Both the position numbers and the translations under genes were made by a program. 64,000 bases of DNA from contig NC_043007.1 in the NCBI RefSeq assembly GCF_006345805.1, positions 19,592,001-19,656,000 of the forward strand, read 5' to 3'. Below the pieces are notes generated by a model. That model saw nothing but the letters and a program-made list of their open reading frames with translations, searched no databases and was not told the origin of the DNA. The DNA is from Octopus sinensis (taxonomy: Eukaryota). Positions 24,351 to 36,669 of this stretch are shown here, one piece after another; position 1 is the first letter of the stretch; each line of letters begins with the position of its first letter.

Positions 24351-24610
24351 ATTATTATTATCATTATTATTATTATTATTATTATTATTGGTGGCAAGCT
24401 GGCAGAATCGTTAGCATGCAGGGCGAAATGCTTAGTGGCATTTCATCTGTCTTTACATTCTGAGTTCAAATTCCACCAAGGTTGATTTTGCCTTTCATCC
24501 TTTCAGGGTTGATGAAATAAGTACCAGTTGCAAGCTGAGGTTAATCCCCTCTCTTGAACTTGCTGGCCTTGTGCCAAAATTTGAAACCATTGTTGTTGTT
24601 GTTGTTGTTA

Positions 24611-24653
<43 letters not shown>

Positions 24654-25876
24654 CAGCATTGTCGGGATGGTGAGCTGACAGAATCATTAACATACTGTTC
24701 AAAATGCTTAGCAGCATTTTGTCTGACTTCACGTTCTGAGTTCAAATTCCGCCAAGGTCATCCTTGCTTTTCATCCTTTTGGGGTCGATTAATTAAGTAC
24801 CAGTTGTGTACTGGGGTTGATGTATTCAACTTAACCCCCTCCCTGCAAATTGCAGGCCTTGTGTCTATAGTAGAAAGGATTGTTGTTGTTAGCATCCTTT
24901 TCGTCTCGGGAGACAATAGAGTTGCGCATAAAATAGTCTAGTCTGGCTTTTACATTTCATGTCCTAATATATCTCCTGCTGTGGCTGTGTAGTCCTATCC
25001 TGGACAAACACTCCCTCTGGCAGGTGCTGCAAATGTAGCGAAGACTTTGCCTGGCTGGTTGCAATGTCATAGTTTCTTGTTGATGTCTTTTCTTGTCTTT
25101 CCATCTCTCCTCTCTTTCTCTGTCACTCCTTTGTGTTCTCTCTTTTACGGTACGTCACCAATCTCCACGGTTGCTGGCAACTGCTTCCCAGTTGCTAATA
25201 TTGTGTCTATAGTAGAAAGGATTACTATTATTATTACTAAGGGGATGAGCTGGCAGAATCGTTAGCACATTGGACGGAATGCTTAGCCGTATTTCGCCTG
25301 CCATTATGTCCTGAGTTCAAATTCCACCGAAGTCAACTTTGCCCCTCATCCTTCCAGGGTCGACGAAATAAATACCAGTTATGCACTGGAGTCAATGTGA
25401 TCAACTAACCCCCCTCTTCCATAGTTTAAGGCCTTGTGCCTACAGTAGAAAGGATTATTATTAGAAAGACAGCAATCTGGTAGAATCATGAAGATGTTGG
25501 AGAAATACTTGGCGGTATTTCTTCTTTCAACCTTGTATGCTCTGAGTTCTAACGCTGCCAAAGTCGGCAATGCATTTTGTCCTTCTGGATTCCATAAAAT
25601 GAACCATTGGTCAAATTCTAAAGTCAGATGAAAGCAGCTAAACCACCCCATTCAAAATAACAGGCTATATTCCAATTAAAAAAAATTAAGAAACGTTTCT
25701 ATCATTGTTATAATTAATTTATTATTAATTTATTCAGACAAAAAGAAACTTTGAGTCATTTCATATAAAAATATAATATCGCTTACAGAGAAATAAAACT
25801 TTTACATTTTCAAACGAATTGTGTAAAAAAATATTTTATTTATTCACACATTATTCATTATTCATTATTTCAGTGG

Positions 25877-25955
<79 letters not shown>

Positions 25956-26708
25956 GAGAGAGAGAGAGAGTCTTGCATTGCTTGTACATACATATATCTT
26001 TTAGTATTTTACTGATTGTAGGTGGCTATGCTGGAGCACAAACTCCAAATACTTTAGACCGCACACACGTACACACACATACACACATATATATACATAC
26101 ACACACTCACATGTATACATACATATTATTCATAGTCAAGCAGTATTTTATTTGGTTACGGCATATAGCTGGTCAGACTGCGACTGTCAGGTTTTGTGCC
26201 AATTTATTCTCAAAGGCCAATATGGACAACTCTTCAGACATGCTGGTCTGGAGCGCATAGCCACTTTTATGCTGGAGGTATGCAGGTATATAGAATCTTG
26301 GGGTGACATGGTTGTCAGTGTCTTTGATGAAATGAAATGGAACAAAACAGTGAAGAATTAAAACGGATTTTTTTTTTCTGGGAGAAAAAGAAGAGTTTTT
26401 GACCATAGATTGACGTTAGTCTGTTAATTCTGGGTGTACGTGGGTGTGGGTGTGGGTGTGCATATATGTCAACTCCTTGTCCCAAAATGGACATAACCAC
26501 TCCTATATATATATATATATATATAATATATATATATATCATCATCATCATCGTTTAACGTCCGTTTTCCATATATATATATATATATTTCTTTTATTTT
26601 CTTTTATTTGATTCAGTCATTTGACTGTGGCCATGCTGGAGCACCGCCTTTTATTTATATATATATATATATATATCATCATCATCATCATCGTTTAATG
26701 TCCGTTTT

Positions 26709-26742
<34 letters not shown>

Positions 26743-26899
26743 CCTGCTTAGAGACTCATACAAACATAAAGAATATTATTAGACATTCTTTATGTGTGTT
26801 TGTGTGTGTATATGTATGTTTCTGTAAATGTGTGAGTTTGTTTATATACATATATATACATAAATACATGTGTGTGTGTGTGCGCTCTAACGTTTGCCT

Positions 26900-26977
26900 G
26901 AAAATTATTGGGTACCATAGAATTATGATACTTGTGATCTCCGAAAGAAACATTATGAGTTTATTGTATTCTTACTG

Positions 26978-26980
<3 letters not shown>
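26900..26980 (-). pseudogene. Decayed partial duplicate of the 3' coding part of the bZIP terminal exon
   Basis: gaaaattattgggtaccatagaattatgatacttgtgatctccgaaagaaacattatgag... aligns by eye at about 80% to 27794-27875. It translates as THNVSFGDHKYHNSMVPNNF versus TDNVSYGHHRHHNSMAPNNF, with a 1-nt insertion and truncation at a (TA)n tract. Confidence 0.75.
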
Positions 26981-27009
<29 letters not shown>

Positions 27010-27262
27010 CTGTCTTATACTTTGAACTCTATGCCAAACTATATTTAAATAAGACATCAACAAAATATCTCCAGACACCTTTTTGATCCCCACAGACAGA
27101 AGACAAACTGGGTTTACTTTAAATTTTTATAAATTTTTTCCTGATATTTGATAAGATGAGATTCATCATCAAAACCGGTAAATTTTTTCTTTATATAATT
27201 TTTAAAATCGAAATATTATTATTTATGAGTCTCTCTAGAGGAGATTACGGCAGCGGTACTGG

Positions 27263-27465
27263 ATATTAACAGTTATCGCCAAGTTAATATGGCAGTCCGT
27301 ATATATAGGACGAAAGCTGCCGTTAATTAGCTCCAAGAGGCCATCGCTTCTAGGTTCGTTTGTCACATAGCTAGCTAGAGGCGATGGCCTCTTGGAGCTA
27401 ATAAAAGGCAGCTTTCGCCCTATATTTATGGACTGCCATTTTAGCTTGGCGATAACTGTTAATAT
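27263..27465. mobile_element. Fold-back MITE with TTAA at both ends
   Basis: Arms of about 91 bp (ttaacagttatcgccaag...catcgcttctag / ctagaggcgatg...cttggcgataactgttaa) with a ~21-nt loop. Confidence 0.75.
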
Positions 27466-27766
27466 ATATATTTAAAATCATTTTTATTAAATTCCTTGCG
27501 AAATCGAAATGTGTTAGATTTACTTCTGCTATATCCGCCTCCATCTTTCATATATAAAAATTTGATTTCATTTCATTTTCATTTCATCTAATTTCAGCTC
27601 ACGAGCTGTGGCCATGCTGGGGCACCACCATTCTATTTGTATAGATCTCTAATCTTTTTTCAAATATATATATGTGTATGTATGTATGTATGGGGTGGGG
27701 TGTTCATTCCTTGTTTTATTCTCTAAATTAATGTTCCATTTTTGGTTTGTTTGATTGTTTATTTAT

Positions 27767-28069
27767 TTATAAACAATCTATGAAATTTGTCAGAAAATTA
27801 TTGGGTGCCATAGAATTATGGTGCCTGTGATGTCCGTAAGAAACATTATCAGTTATCGTATTCTTGCTGAGGGTATTTGGTGCTGCTAAAATCTGCTGCT
27901 GTTTATTGTGGTAGACTTGATATGTATTTTCTATATGATGGCTACGATCTGTGGAACGGATGTAACATTGGGCTTCCTCCAGTTTCTTTTCTTGTTCAGC
28001 CAATTTTTCTCCTAATTCATAATTTGTCTGTTTTAAACTATAATTTTCTTTAATTAGTGACTTGATTTC
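27767..28069 (-). CDS. bZIP transcription factor terminal exon (leucine zipper plus tail)
   Basis: Acceptor ttttcttacAG, 100 codons plus TAA. EIKSLIKENYSLKQTNYELGEKLAEQ... continues the heptad Leu series (L-x6-L-x6-L-x6-L) from the previous exon. AATAAA hexamers immediately follow the stop (27758-27767). Confidence 0.88.
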   Translation of the reverse strand, partial: EIKSLIKENYSLKQTNYELGEKLAEQEKKLEEAQCYIRSTDRSHHIENTYQVYHNKQQQILAAPNTLSKNTITDNVSYGHHRHHNSMAPNNFLTNFIDCL

Positions 28070-28106
28070 CTGTAAGAAAATAAAATAAACAAATGTAAAT
28101 TTTAAC

Positions 28107-28107
<1 letters not shown>

Positions 28108-28137
<30 letters not shown>

Positions 28138-28680
28138 CAACAACAACAACAACAATAAATGCCCTGATGCAGTACCAGGCAGTGGCTCTCGTGACTTCTG
28201 ATCTTAACTGATTAGAAGTGTTATCATGTACATTGTTTTGTCTTGGTATAAAAGATGGGCTACAGCAAATATTCTGCTCAATACCACAGATTTGCTTGTC
28301 AGTTGTTTGACCTTAACCAGTTGAGCATGTCCCTTAGTGGCTGGCGATATGTGCATCTCTGATCACGAGCAGAAGTAGTGCGGGAACATCATAGCCATGT
28401 GTTGAGAGGAATTCTTTGGGGTTTGAATAATTCACCTCTGGAAACATGGGTGTTTTGATCAACATCCTAAAACAACACTTATTCAGGGACCTTTTGAGCA
28501 GGATGGGTTACTAGACCAGAAGAAAATTCTAATTGGGTCCCACCTGGAAGGTCATGTGCTGTTTATCTTGATATGAGATCACCATGTCGCGCACATATGG
28601 TTGTGATGCATGTGCCTAGTGTACCCTTATCAGACTGGTAGTCATGATGGGTATGCTGGGCTTCTTTTGATGGCATGCAC
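28108..28680 (-). mobile_element. Retroposon 3' fragment with a (TTA/TTG)n tail, in the bZIP last intron
   Basis: A trinucleotide tail at 28108-28156 is joined to a ~500 bp non-coding mixed sequence. The family assignment is from memory of octopus repeats. Confidence 0.4.
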
Positions 28681-29648
28681 TGCTCTCTCACTAACTAATA
28701 ATAATAATAATAAGTATGCGTGTGTGTGTGTGAATATATATATAGAGAGAGAGAAAGAGAGAGAGAGAGAGGGAGAGTGGCTGCTTTCTTGTATACAGGC
28801 AAAGTCATTCCTAGAAAGAATCACTGAAATGTGTCATTGCTGATGCAGTGTGATGCCTCTGTATGACTCTTGAACCTTGCCAAAGACTTTCACATTCTAT
28901 TGCATAATGCACAGTTGTGGTGGCTGCACAAAGGAACAGGTGCCACAGTTTGAAGTCTTTTGACCTGTCTTTTTAATCCTCAGATTTCCCGGCATTATGA
29001 GAGCAATTTGCGTTTCCTCAGGTGATATGTAAATGTTGTCTCCATAAGTTCAGATTCTTGACTTCAAGAACATCCTTTCTGTCTGTCGTGGCCTGAATTT
29101 AGTAAAAGTCGCAGAGTTTATCAAGGTGTGTTGTTTGTTGATGAAGGGCCATTGGCAAAGAGTTTGTGAATGGGTGAGGGCTCACTGTAGAAAGGGCATC
29201 TGGGACATCTGGCTTTAGCCATGATACCTTGACAAACTGCATCTGAACCATTCATGAATGGGGAAAGTAAGCATTGGAATAATGGTGAAAGATGAAGCTG
29301 ATATTAAAATGATAATTATGATGATGACAATGCTGTTAAAGCAAATATGATGATGATGTTAAAGCAAAGATGGTGAAGATGATGATGATGACGATGATAA
29401 GGATGATGATGCTAAAACATAGATGATTATGATGATGACAATGCTATCACAAAGATGGTGATGACAATAATGATGATGATGATGATGATGACAATGTTAA
29501 AACAAAGATGGTGACAATGCTAAATGAAAGATGATGATGATGATGATACTCATGAACACATTATTATACCTACACTATCATCATACATCACCTCCCCCTT
29601 CTTGTTTTCTTTCTCTCTCTCTCTCTCTCTCACTCACTCTCTCTCTCG

Positions 29649-29689
<41 letters not shown>

Positions 29690-29692
29690 GCG

Positions 29693-29727
<35 letters not shown>

Positions 29728-29763
29728 ACACACACACACAATATCTAATCCTTAAAGTCTCAC

Positions 29764-29880
29764 CTCTTCCAAAATTCGGATCCGTTCTTTCTTCTTCTCT
29801 CGACATTTCTGTGCTGCTAACCGATTTTTCTTCCTTCGCATCATCTGCAGGTTTCTTGAAAAAGTGCTCCCATCATCACT
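29764..29880 (-). CDS. bZIP transcription factor (Fos/ATF3/BATF-like), basic-region exon
   Basis: Minus-strand ttttatttgcAG ... GTgaga, 117 bp, phase 0 to 0. Encodes SDDGSTFSRNLQMMRRKKNRLAAQKCREKKKERIRILEE, which contains the bZIP basic consensus N-x7-R (NRLAAQKCR). The intron after L-E-E is at the same zipper position as in FOS (TLQA|E) and ATF3 (CLQK|E), from memory. Confidence 0.9.
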
Positions 29881-30175
29881 CTGCAAATAAAACCACATCC
29901 ACATACAGAAATGTATACAAACATACATAAATACATGCATGCCTATACACACAGACACACACACACACACTCATTAACCCTTTCTATACCAACCCAGCTG
30001 AAACCACCTCTGGTTCTGAATTAAAATCTTCCTCCAAACCTTAGTCACAATTTATGTTCCTAACACTGGTTTAATGATAATGAAGTTATTTTACTAAATT
30101 CTTTAAAATTAATTGAAAGAAACCCAGAGCATCTCAACAGAAATATGGGAACCAAAGAATTAGCAAATGATTAAT

Positions 30176-31481
30176 TTAACCCTTTGGATACCAACTTGTC
30201 TGAAACCACCTCTGGCTCTATAGTACAAATATCTTGTTTTCATAAGTTTTGAATTAAAATCTTCCACCAAACCTTAGTCACAATTTATGTTCTTAACACT
30301 ACCTTCATGACAACAAAGTCTCCTTTTTTGCCAAACTGCTAAGTTATAGGGATGTAAACACACCAACATCAGTTGTCAAGTGATGTTGGAGAGGCAAACA
30401 CAGACACACAAACAAATATATATATATATGACAGGCTTCTTTCAGTTTCCATCTACCAAATCTGCTCCACTTACTAGGCTTTGGTAGGCCCGAGGCTATA
30501 GTAGAAGACACTTGCCCAACGTGTTACGCAGTGGAACTGAACCCAGAACCATGTGGTTGGGATGCAAGCTACTTACCATGCAGCCACACCTGCATCTTGT
30601 TATATTGGAGTGTCCGGAAAGTTTGTGCTGATTTATAGTAGCTTACCTTTCGACTTATTTTAGAACATGGTTGAGTCCATAAAATAGGATTTGACTACAC
30701 CTCCATTTAGAGCACAGTTTAAGCTATCTCTTCTTAGAAAAAAGGTTTATGTTCCTATAACCTGTGTGAATTATGTAACCCTTTAAAATGGAAGATAAGA
30801 AAGTTCATTTTCGGCACTTGTTACTTTGGAAGCCAGACAAAAATTGCTGCAGCTCGGCTGGGGTGTGTTAACCCACCCTCCATATTCGCCAGATATTGCT
30901 CCTTCGGATTTCCACTTATTCAAATCTCTGCAGAATAGTCTAAATAGTAAAAATTTCAATTCCTTGGATGACCTAAAAAGATACCTTGATGAATTCTTTG
31001 CCATGAAACCACCTCAATTCATGGGAAGAGGTTATTTTCAAATTAAAAGAAAGATGGAGACGCATTGTGCAACAAAATGTTTCATATTTGGTTGATTAAA
31101 AATGTAATGGCAAGTATTTATTGACCTTTTTCTATCCTTTAAAAATCGGCATGAACTTTCCGGACAACCCAATATTTACAACGATGAAAATGAAGGAGAC
31201 ATTTTGTGTACAGTTTAAATTGTTTGTTTTTGTAGGTTCAGTTTTGGCTGTTGTATTTGTGTTTTCTTATTGCTATAGTTGTTGTTATTGTTTATGTTGT
31301 TGTTGTTGGAATGGTTGTGAACGGGCTGCAGTTATGCTTTTAGTGTTTGTAATGGCAAGTATTTATTGACCTTTTTCTTTCCTTTAAAAATCGGCACAAA
31401 CTTTCCGGACAACTCAATACTTACAATTAATTGAAAGAAACACAGAGCATCTCAACAGAAATATAGCAACAAATAGGTTAA
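30176..31481. mobile_element. TTAA/CCC-ended (piggyBac-like) MITE interrupted by a SINE fragment and the mariner
   Basis: Left part ttaaccctttggatacc...caacaaagt (30176-30319) and right part aattgaaagaaacacagagcatctcaacag...ggttaa (31421-31481). A shorter uninterrupted relative lies at 29974-30160 and contains both halves. Confidence 0.55.
30603..31174 (+). mobile_element. Internally deleted mariner (Tc1/mariner, DD34D) element
   Basis: TIRs tattggagtgtccggaaagtttgtgctgattt / aaatcggcatgaactttccggacaacccaata at TA. The N-terminal MEDKKVHFRHLLLW (30788) is fused out of frame to the C-terminal QLGWGVLTHPPYSPDIAPSDFHLFKSLQN, which contains the mariner YSPDLAPSDF motif. A second copy of the right end lies at 31349-31419. 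Confidence 0.9.
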
Positions 31482-32604
31482 ACATAAAAACCAAAAGCCT
31501 GTCCATGCATGAAGACATAATGTGAGTGTTACCATAGATTTCAAATTTCGGTTGTCAAACTTTCTCATAAATAACATTTTAACCCTAGTAATGATACCTG
31601 ATAAATAAACGAAGCATTTTTTATGAGAATGCTATTAATCTTAATGGCCGTAGCTACAGAATAATAGATACGGAATAATAAATAAAATATCAAATTCACC
31701 TAAATTCTTTTATCGTTTACTAGTTTAAGTCATTAAACTGTGGCCATGCTGGGGCACCACCCTGAGTGATTTTTTTGCTAAATGAATCAACTCTACTACG
31801 TATCTTTTTTTTTAAGCATGGAGCTTATTTTATCAGCCTCGTTTACTGAACTGCTAGGTTATAGGGATGCAAACACACCAACACCGGATGTAAAGCAGTG
31901 GAGGAGAAACATAGACATAGAGACACACATACATACATACATACATACATGCATATATATATATAATGGAGGCGCAATGGCCCAGTGGTTAGGGCAGCAG
32001 ACTTGCGGTCGTAGGATCACAGTTTCGTTGTGAGTGTTTATTGAGCGAAAACACCTAAAGGTCCACGAGGCTCTGGCAGGGGGGGGGGGGCGACCCCTGC
32101 TGTACTCTTTCACCACAACTTTCTTTCAATTTTTCTTCTGTTGACCTGCTTGCTTAGCCAGCAGGGTGGCATCGCTTGAAGGCTAAAACAATGCAAAGTA
32201 CATTGTGACCAGCGTTGTGTAGCAACATCTGATAGCCTGGTCGGTCACGGTGATCATGGTGGTTTATATAATAATAATAATAGTAATAATAGTAGTAGTA
32301 ATAAATAGTAAATAATATATAATAATAATAATAATAAATAATATATAATATATATATGTATATATATAGATAGATAGATAGATATAGATATGTATGTATT
32401 TGTGTGTCTATGTTTGTCCCCCTATTATCGCTTGACAACTGGTGTTGGTGTGTTTACATCCCCGTAACTTAGCAGTTTAGCATAAAAGACGGATAGCACT
32501 AGGCTTACAAAGAAAAAGTGCTGGAGTTGATTTGTTCGACTAAAGGTGGTGCTCCAGCATGGCCACAGTCAAATGACTGAAACAAGAAAAAGAACAAAAG
32601 AATA

Positions 32605-32635
<31 letters not shown>

Positions 32636-33066
32636 AGTTATATGATAGATTTCATTCACTCACAAGGTTTCAGTTAGCCCAAGGCTATAGTAGAAGACAC
32701 TTGCCCAAGGTGCCATGCAGTGGGACTGAACCCAGACCATGTGGTTGGTAAGCAAGCTTCTCCACTGCACAGCCATACCTGCACCTGTTTCAAAATTTAT
32801 CGAAATACCTCATCTGAGCATTTTATCAAAAATCTATTTTCCCATAAGTCTGTTTTCCTTTTTGGTTGTTAGTCCAACAGACCCCAACACGCCATAAAAA
32901 AAATTTTGTAAAAAAATAAAATATATCATAAAAAGCATAAAAACCAAAAAAAAAAAGAATATAAATTAACCATTGTCCCATTTAAAGGTAGCATGGTAAA
33001 AATTCCAGAACTATTTTAAGAAGTTATTTTTATGCAGATGGGTTTCCTAGTCACGTACAATGCCAT

Positions 33067-33103
<37 letters not shown>

Positions 33104-33186
33104 AGACAGAGAGAGAGAGGAAGTGAGAGATTAAATTGATTGGGTTTTTTAAATCCTATGCTTGTGTATTCCGGATATATCTACCA

Positions 33187-34490
33187 TGTGTGTATTTATA
33201 TCTATGAGAATGTGTGTATCAATATCTAGGAGAATATGTGGTGTGTGTGTGTGTGTGTGTGTGTGTATTTATATCTATGGGAATTTGTGTGTGTGTGCGT
33301 GTGTATTTATATCTATGCGAATGTGTGTGCGTGTGTGTGTGTATTTATATCTATGAGAATGTGTGTGTGTGTATATATTTATATCTATGTGAATGTGTGT
33401 GCGTGTGTGTATATTTATATCTATGTGAATGTGTGTGTGTGTGTGTGTATTTATATCTATGAGAACGTGTGTGTGTGTGTGTGTATTTATATCTATGAGA
33501 ATGTGTGTGTATGTGTGCATGTGTGTGTGTATATCTATGAGAATGTGTGTGTGTGTATTTATATCTATGAGAATGTGGTGTGTGTGTGTGTGTATCTATG
33601 AGAATGTGTGTGTGTGTGTGTTTATTTATATCTATGAGAATATGTGTATGTGTGTGTGTTGTGTGTGTATCTATGAGAATGTGTGTGTGTGTATTTATAT
33701 CTATGTGAATGTGTGTGGTGTGTGTGTGTGCATGTGTGTATATATCTATGAGAATGTGTGTGTGTGCATGTGTGTGTATTTATATCTATGAGAATGCGTG
33801 TGTATGTGTTTATTTATATCTATGAGAATGTGTGTGGTGTGTGTGTGTGTTTATATCTGTGTGAATGTGTGTGTGTGTGTGTGTGTGCATGTGTGTGTAT
33901 ATTTATATCTATGAGAATGTGTGTGTGTGGTGTATTTATATCTATGAGAATGTGTGTGTATGTGTGCATGTGTGTGTATATCTATGAGAATGTGTGTGTA
34001 TGTGTTTATTTATATCTATGAGAATATGTGTATGTGTGTGTGTGTGTGTATCTATGAGAATGTGTGTGTGTGTGTTTATATCTGTGAGAATGTGTGTGTG
34101 TGTGTGTGTGCATGTGTGTGTATATATCTATGAGAATGTGTGTGCATGTGTGTGTATTTATATCTATGAGAATGCGTGTGTATGTGTTTATTTATATCTA
34201 TGAGAATGTGTGTGTGTGTGTGTGTTTATATCTGTGTGAATGTGTGTGTGTGTGTGTGCATGTGTGTGTATATTTATATCTATGAGAATGTGTGTGTGTG
34301 TGTATTTATATTGATGAGAATGTGTATGTATATGTGTATATTTATATCTATGATAATATGTGTATATGTGTGTGAGTATATCTATGAGAATGTGTGTGTG
34401 TTTATATCTGTGAGAATGTGTGTGTGTATATTTATATCTATGAAAATGTGTGTATGTGTTTGTATCTATATCTACGAGAGTGTGTGTGTA
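33187..34490. repeat. Compound minisatellite (GT)n-ATTTATATCTATGAGAAT, ~26-34 bp units
   Basis: Roughly 40-45 units with a constant core tatctatgagaat and variable (GT)n. An orphan unit lies at ~35435-35475. Confidence 0.9.
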
Positions 34491-34832
34491 CTAACAGTTT
34501 ATACATGTCACAATGCCAAGCTTCACTTGACCAAGCAACATGTCCTCTGTGAATACAATGGACAGTGTTGCCAAAACAGACGGATCCTTATGACTACAAT
34601 TGTCTCAACCAATGAATTGTCTGTTATTTAAAAGGTAGCCAGAACCACCAGCTGACATTAGGAATTGAACTGCTGTGTAGGGGTGTTGCAGGGTGGTTGA
34701 AGGGTCAGTCAGCAAAACTGGACTGGGTTTTTTACTTTTATTTTCTCAACACAACTTGACATCTATGAACTTGTTACACAGATATTTGTGTGTGTATATA
34801 TATCCACCTAAATTATATCTATGTATTATGTA

Positions 34833-34911
<79 letters not shown>

Positions 34912-34914
<3 letters not shown>

Positions 34915-35312
34915 TCTTTTACTCTTTTCAGTCATTTGACTGTGGCCATGCTGGAGCACCGCCTTTAATCGAGCAACTCGACCCCAGGACTTATTCTTTT
35001 GTAAGCTCAGTACTTATTTTATCGGTCTCTTTTGCCAAACCGCTAAGTAACAGGGACATAAACACACCAGCATCGGTTGCCAAGCAATGCTAGGGGGACA
35101 AATACAGACACACAAACACACACACACATATATATATATACGTATATACGACGGGCTTCTTTCAGTTTCCGTCTACCAAATTCACTCACAAGGCTTTGGT
35201 CAGCCCGAGGCTATAGTAGAAGACACTTGCCCAAGGTGCCACGCAGTGGGACTGAACCTGGAACCGTGTGGTTGGTAAACAAGCTACTTACCACACAGCA
35301 ACTCCTGCGCCT
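34912..35312 (-). mobile_element. SINE family A, full-length copy
   Basis: Collinear with 17264-17700 across its whole length. Confidence 0.8.
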
Positions 35313-35639
35313 ATATATATATATATATATAAGGATAAGATCGTTAATTTAAAATAAAGCAATGATTTTATTAAGTGGTCAGCATGGAAAAAATAACCTT
35401 CGAAGGTAATAATTAATGTGTGTGTGTATGCATGTGTGTGTATATTTATATCTATGAGAATGTGTGTGTGTGTGTGCGTATATATATATGTATGGGTGTG
35501 TGTGTGTGTGTATAGGCGTAGTTGTGTGGTAAAAAGCTTGCTTCCCAACCACATAGTTCTGGGTTCAGTTCTATTGTGTGACACCTTGGGCTGAAAGTTC
35601 ATCCAGCTACGCCAAATCCTCAATGTCTAAACAAACGCC

Positions 35640-36213
35640 TGCAATCACCACATCCTGGTTGAATACATCTTCTCCTTTAAGTGCCATGTCCACAATATAG
35701 GACACGGGCGACCATGTCCTGTCACAGTTCTCTGTTCTTTGTTTTCTCTAACAGTTTCCACTTCCTGATGTTCAATGCCTCTTCCAACCAATTCCTCAAG
35801 CCTCACATCGAAACCATCCTTCTCCTTCCTCTGCTTCTTTTCTCTTCAGTCTTTCTGGTCATCACTAAATTCTCCCTGGGCCCTCTTTCCCCATCACACA
35901 ACCAAGAAATCTCAGATGCCTGGCCCTTATCTCACAAAGCAGTTTCCTATTTACCACAGCCCAGGTCATCACTTCTTCATCAGATACTTTGTCTGTCCAG
36001 GCCATCATTCAATATTTTCTTTAAGAACCACATTTCACAGTTCTCCAAGACTATGCTCATTTCTGATGCTAGAGACCATTCCTCACTTCCGTGCATTAAC
36101 ACAAGGTAGACATAGCATTTGAATATACAGATCTTGGTCTTTATGCTCAGAGTACAGTTTCTTAAGATGCTATACGATTTTGAGAATGCAGAAGGCATGA
36201 TTTTGCATATCAT
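35640..36213 (-). mobile_element. RTE-clade LINE ORF 3' remnant
   Basis: ORF 35980-36213 contains KTKICIFKCYVYLVLMHGSEEWSL...LENCEMWFLKKIL, matching the post-RT RTE motif 'K.K.R.F...V.S.LLYG.E.W.L....E..EMWF.RR.L'. Degraded homology continues to ~35640. Confidence 0.75.
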
Positions 36214-36397
36214 TATTATTTTTTTACTTAAGGCAGCAACCTGGCAGAATTGTTAGCATGTGAGCTGGCAGAAATGTTAATGCGGCGGGCGAAATGATTA
36301 GTGATATTTCGCCTGCCGCTATGGTCTGAGTTCAAATTCCGCCAAGGTCGACTTTGCCTTTCATCCTTTCGGGGTCGATTAAACTCACCATTTGGAT

Positions 36398-36669
36398 TTA
36401 GTCTCCTTCAAAGTATTTGCATTAGGAGTCTACACACTTCTGCTAGCATTCCTGCCACTGCTGGAAACATTTCTGGGAATCACTTTTTAGAATGCTGTTG
36501 ACGCAAATCTTCCTTTGAGTGTATTTTTGAGCTTTGGGAATGACCAAAAGTAACACAGAAACAAGTCTGGGGAGTAGGAAATCTGACGAACAGGTGGTGT
36601 GTTTTGCTTGACGAGGAATGCTTGGACGACGTGGGGGGAATGAGTGGGTGCATTGTCATGGTGGAGTTG
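36398..36669 (-). pseudogene. Decayed mariner transposase C-terminal fragment
   Basis: Minus strand reads QLHHDNAPTHSPHVVQAFLVKQNTPPVRQISYSPDL..FPKLKNTLKGR and, after a frameshift, CFQQWQEC*QKCVDS*CKYFEGD*. HDNAPxH and YSPDL are mariner catalytic motifs. Confidence 0.85.

Noticed and set aside
27145-27185. tgataa-gatgagattcatc-atcaaaa-ccggta, a possible decayed HHR
   Set aside because: Neither CUGANGA nor GAAA is intact.
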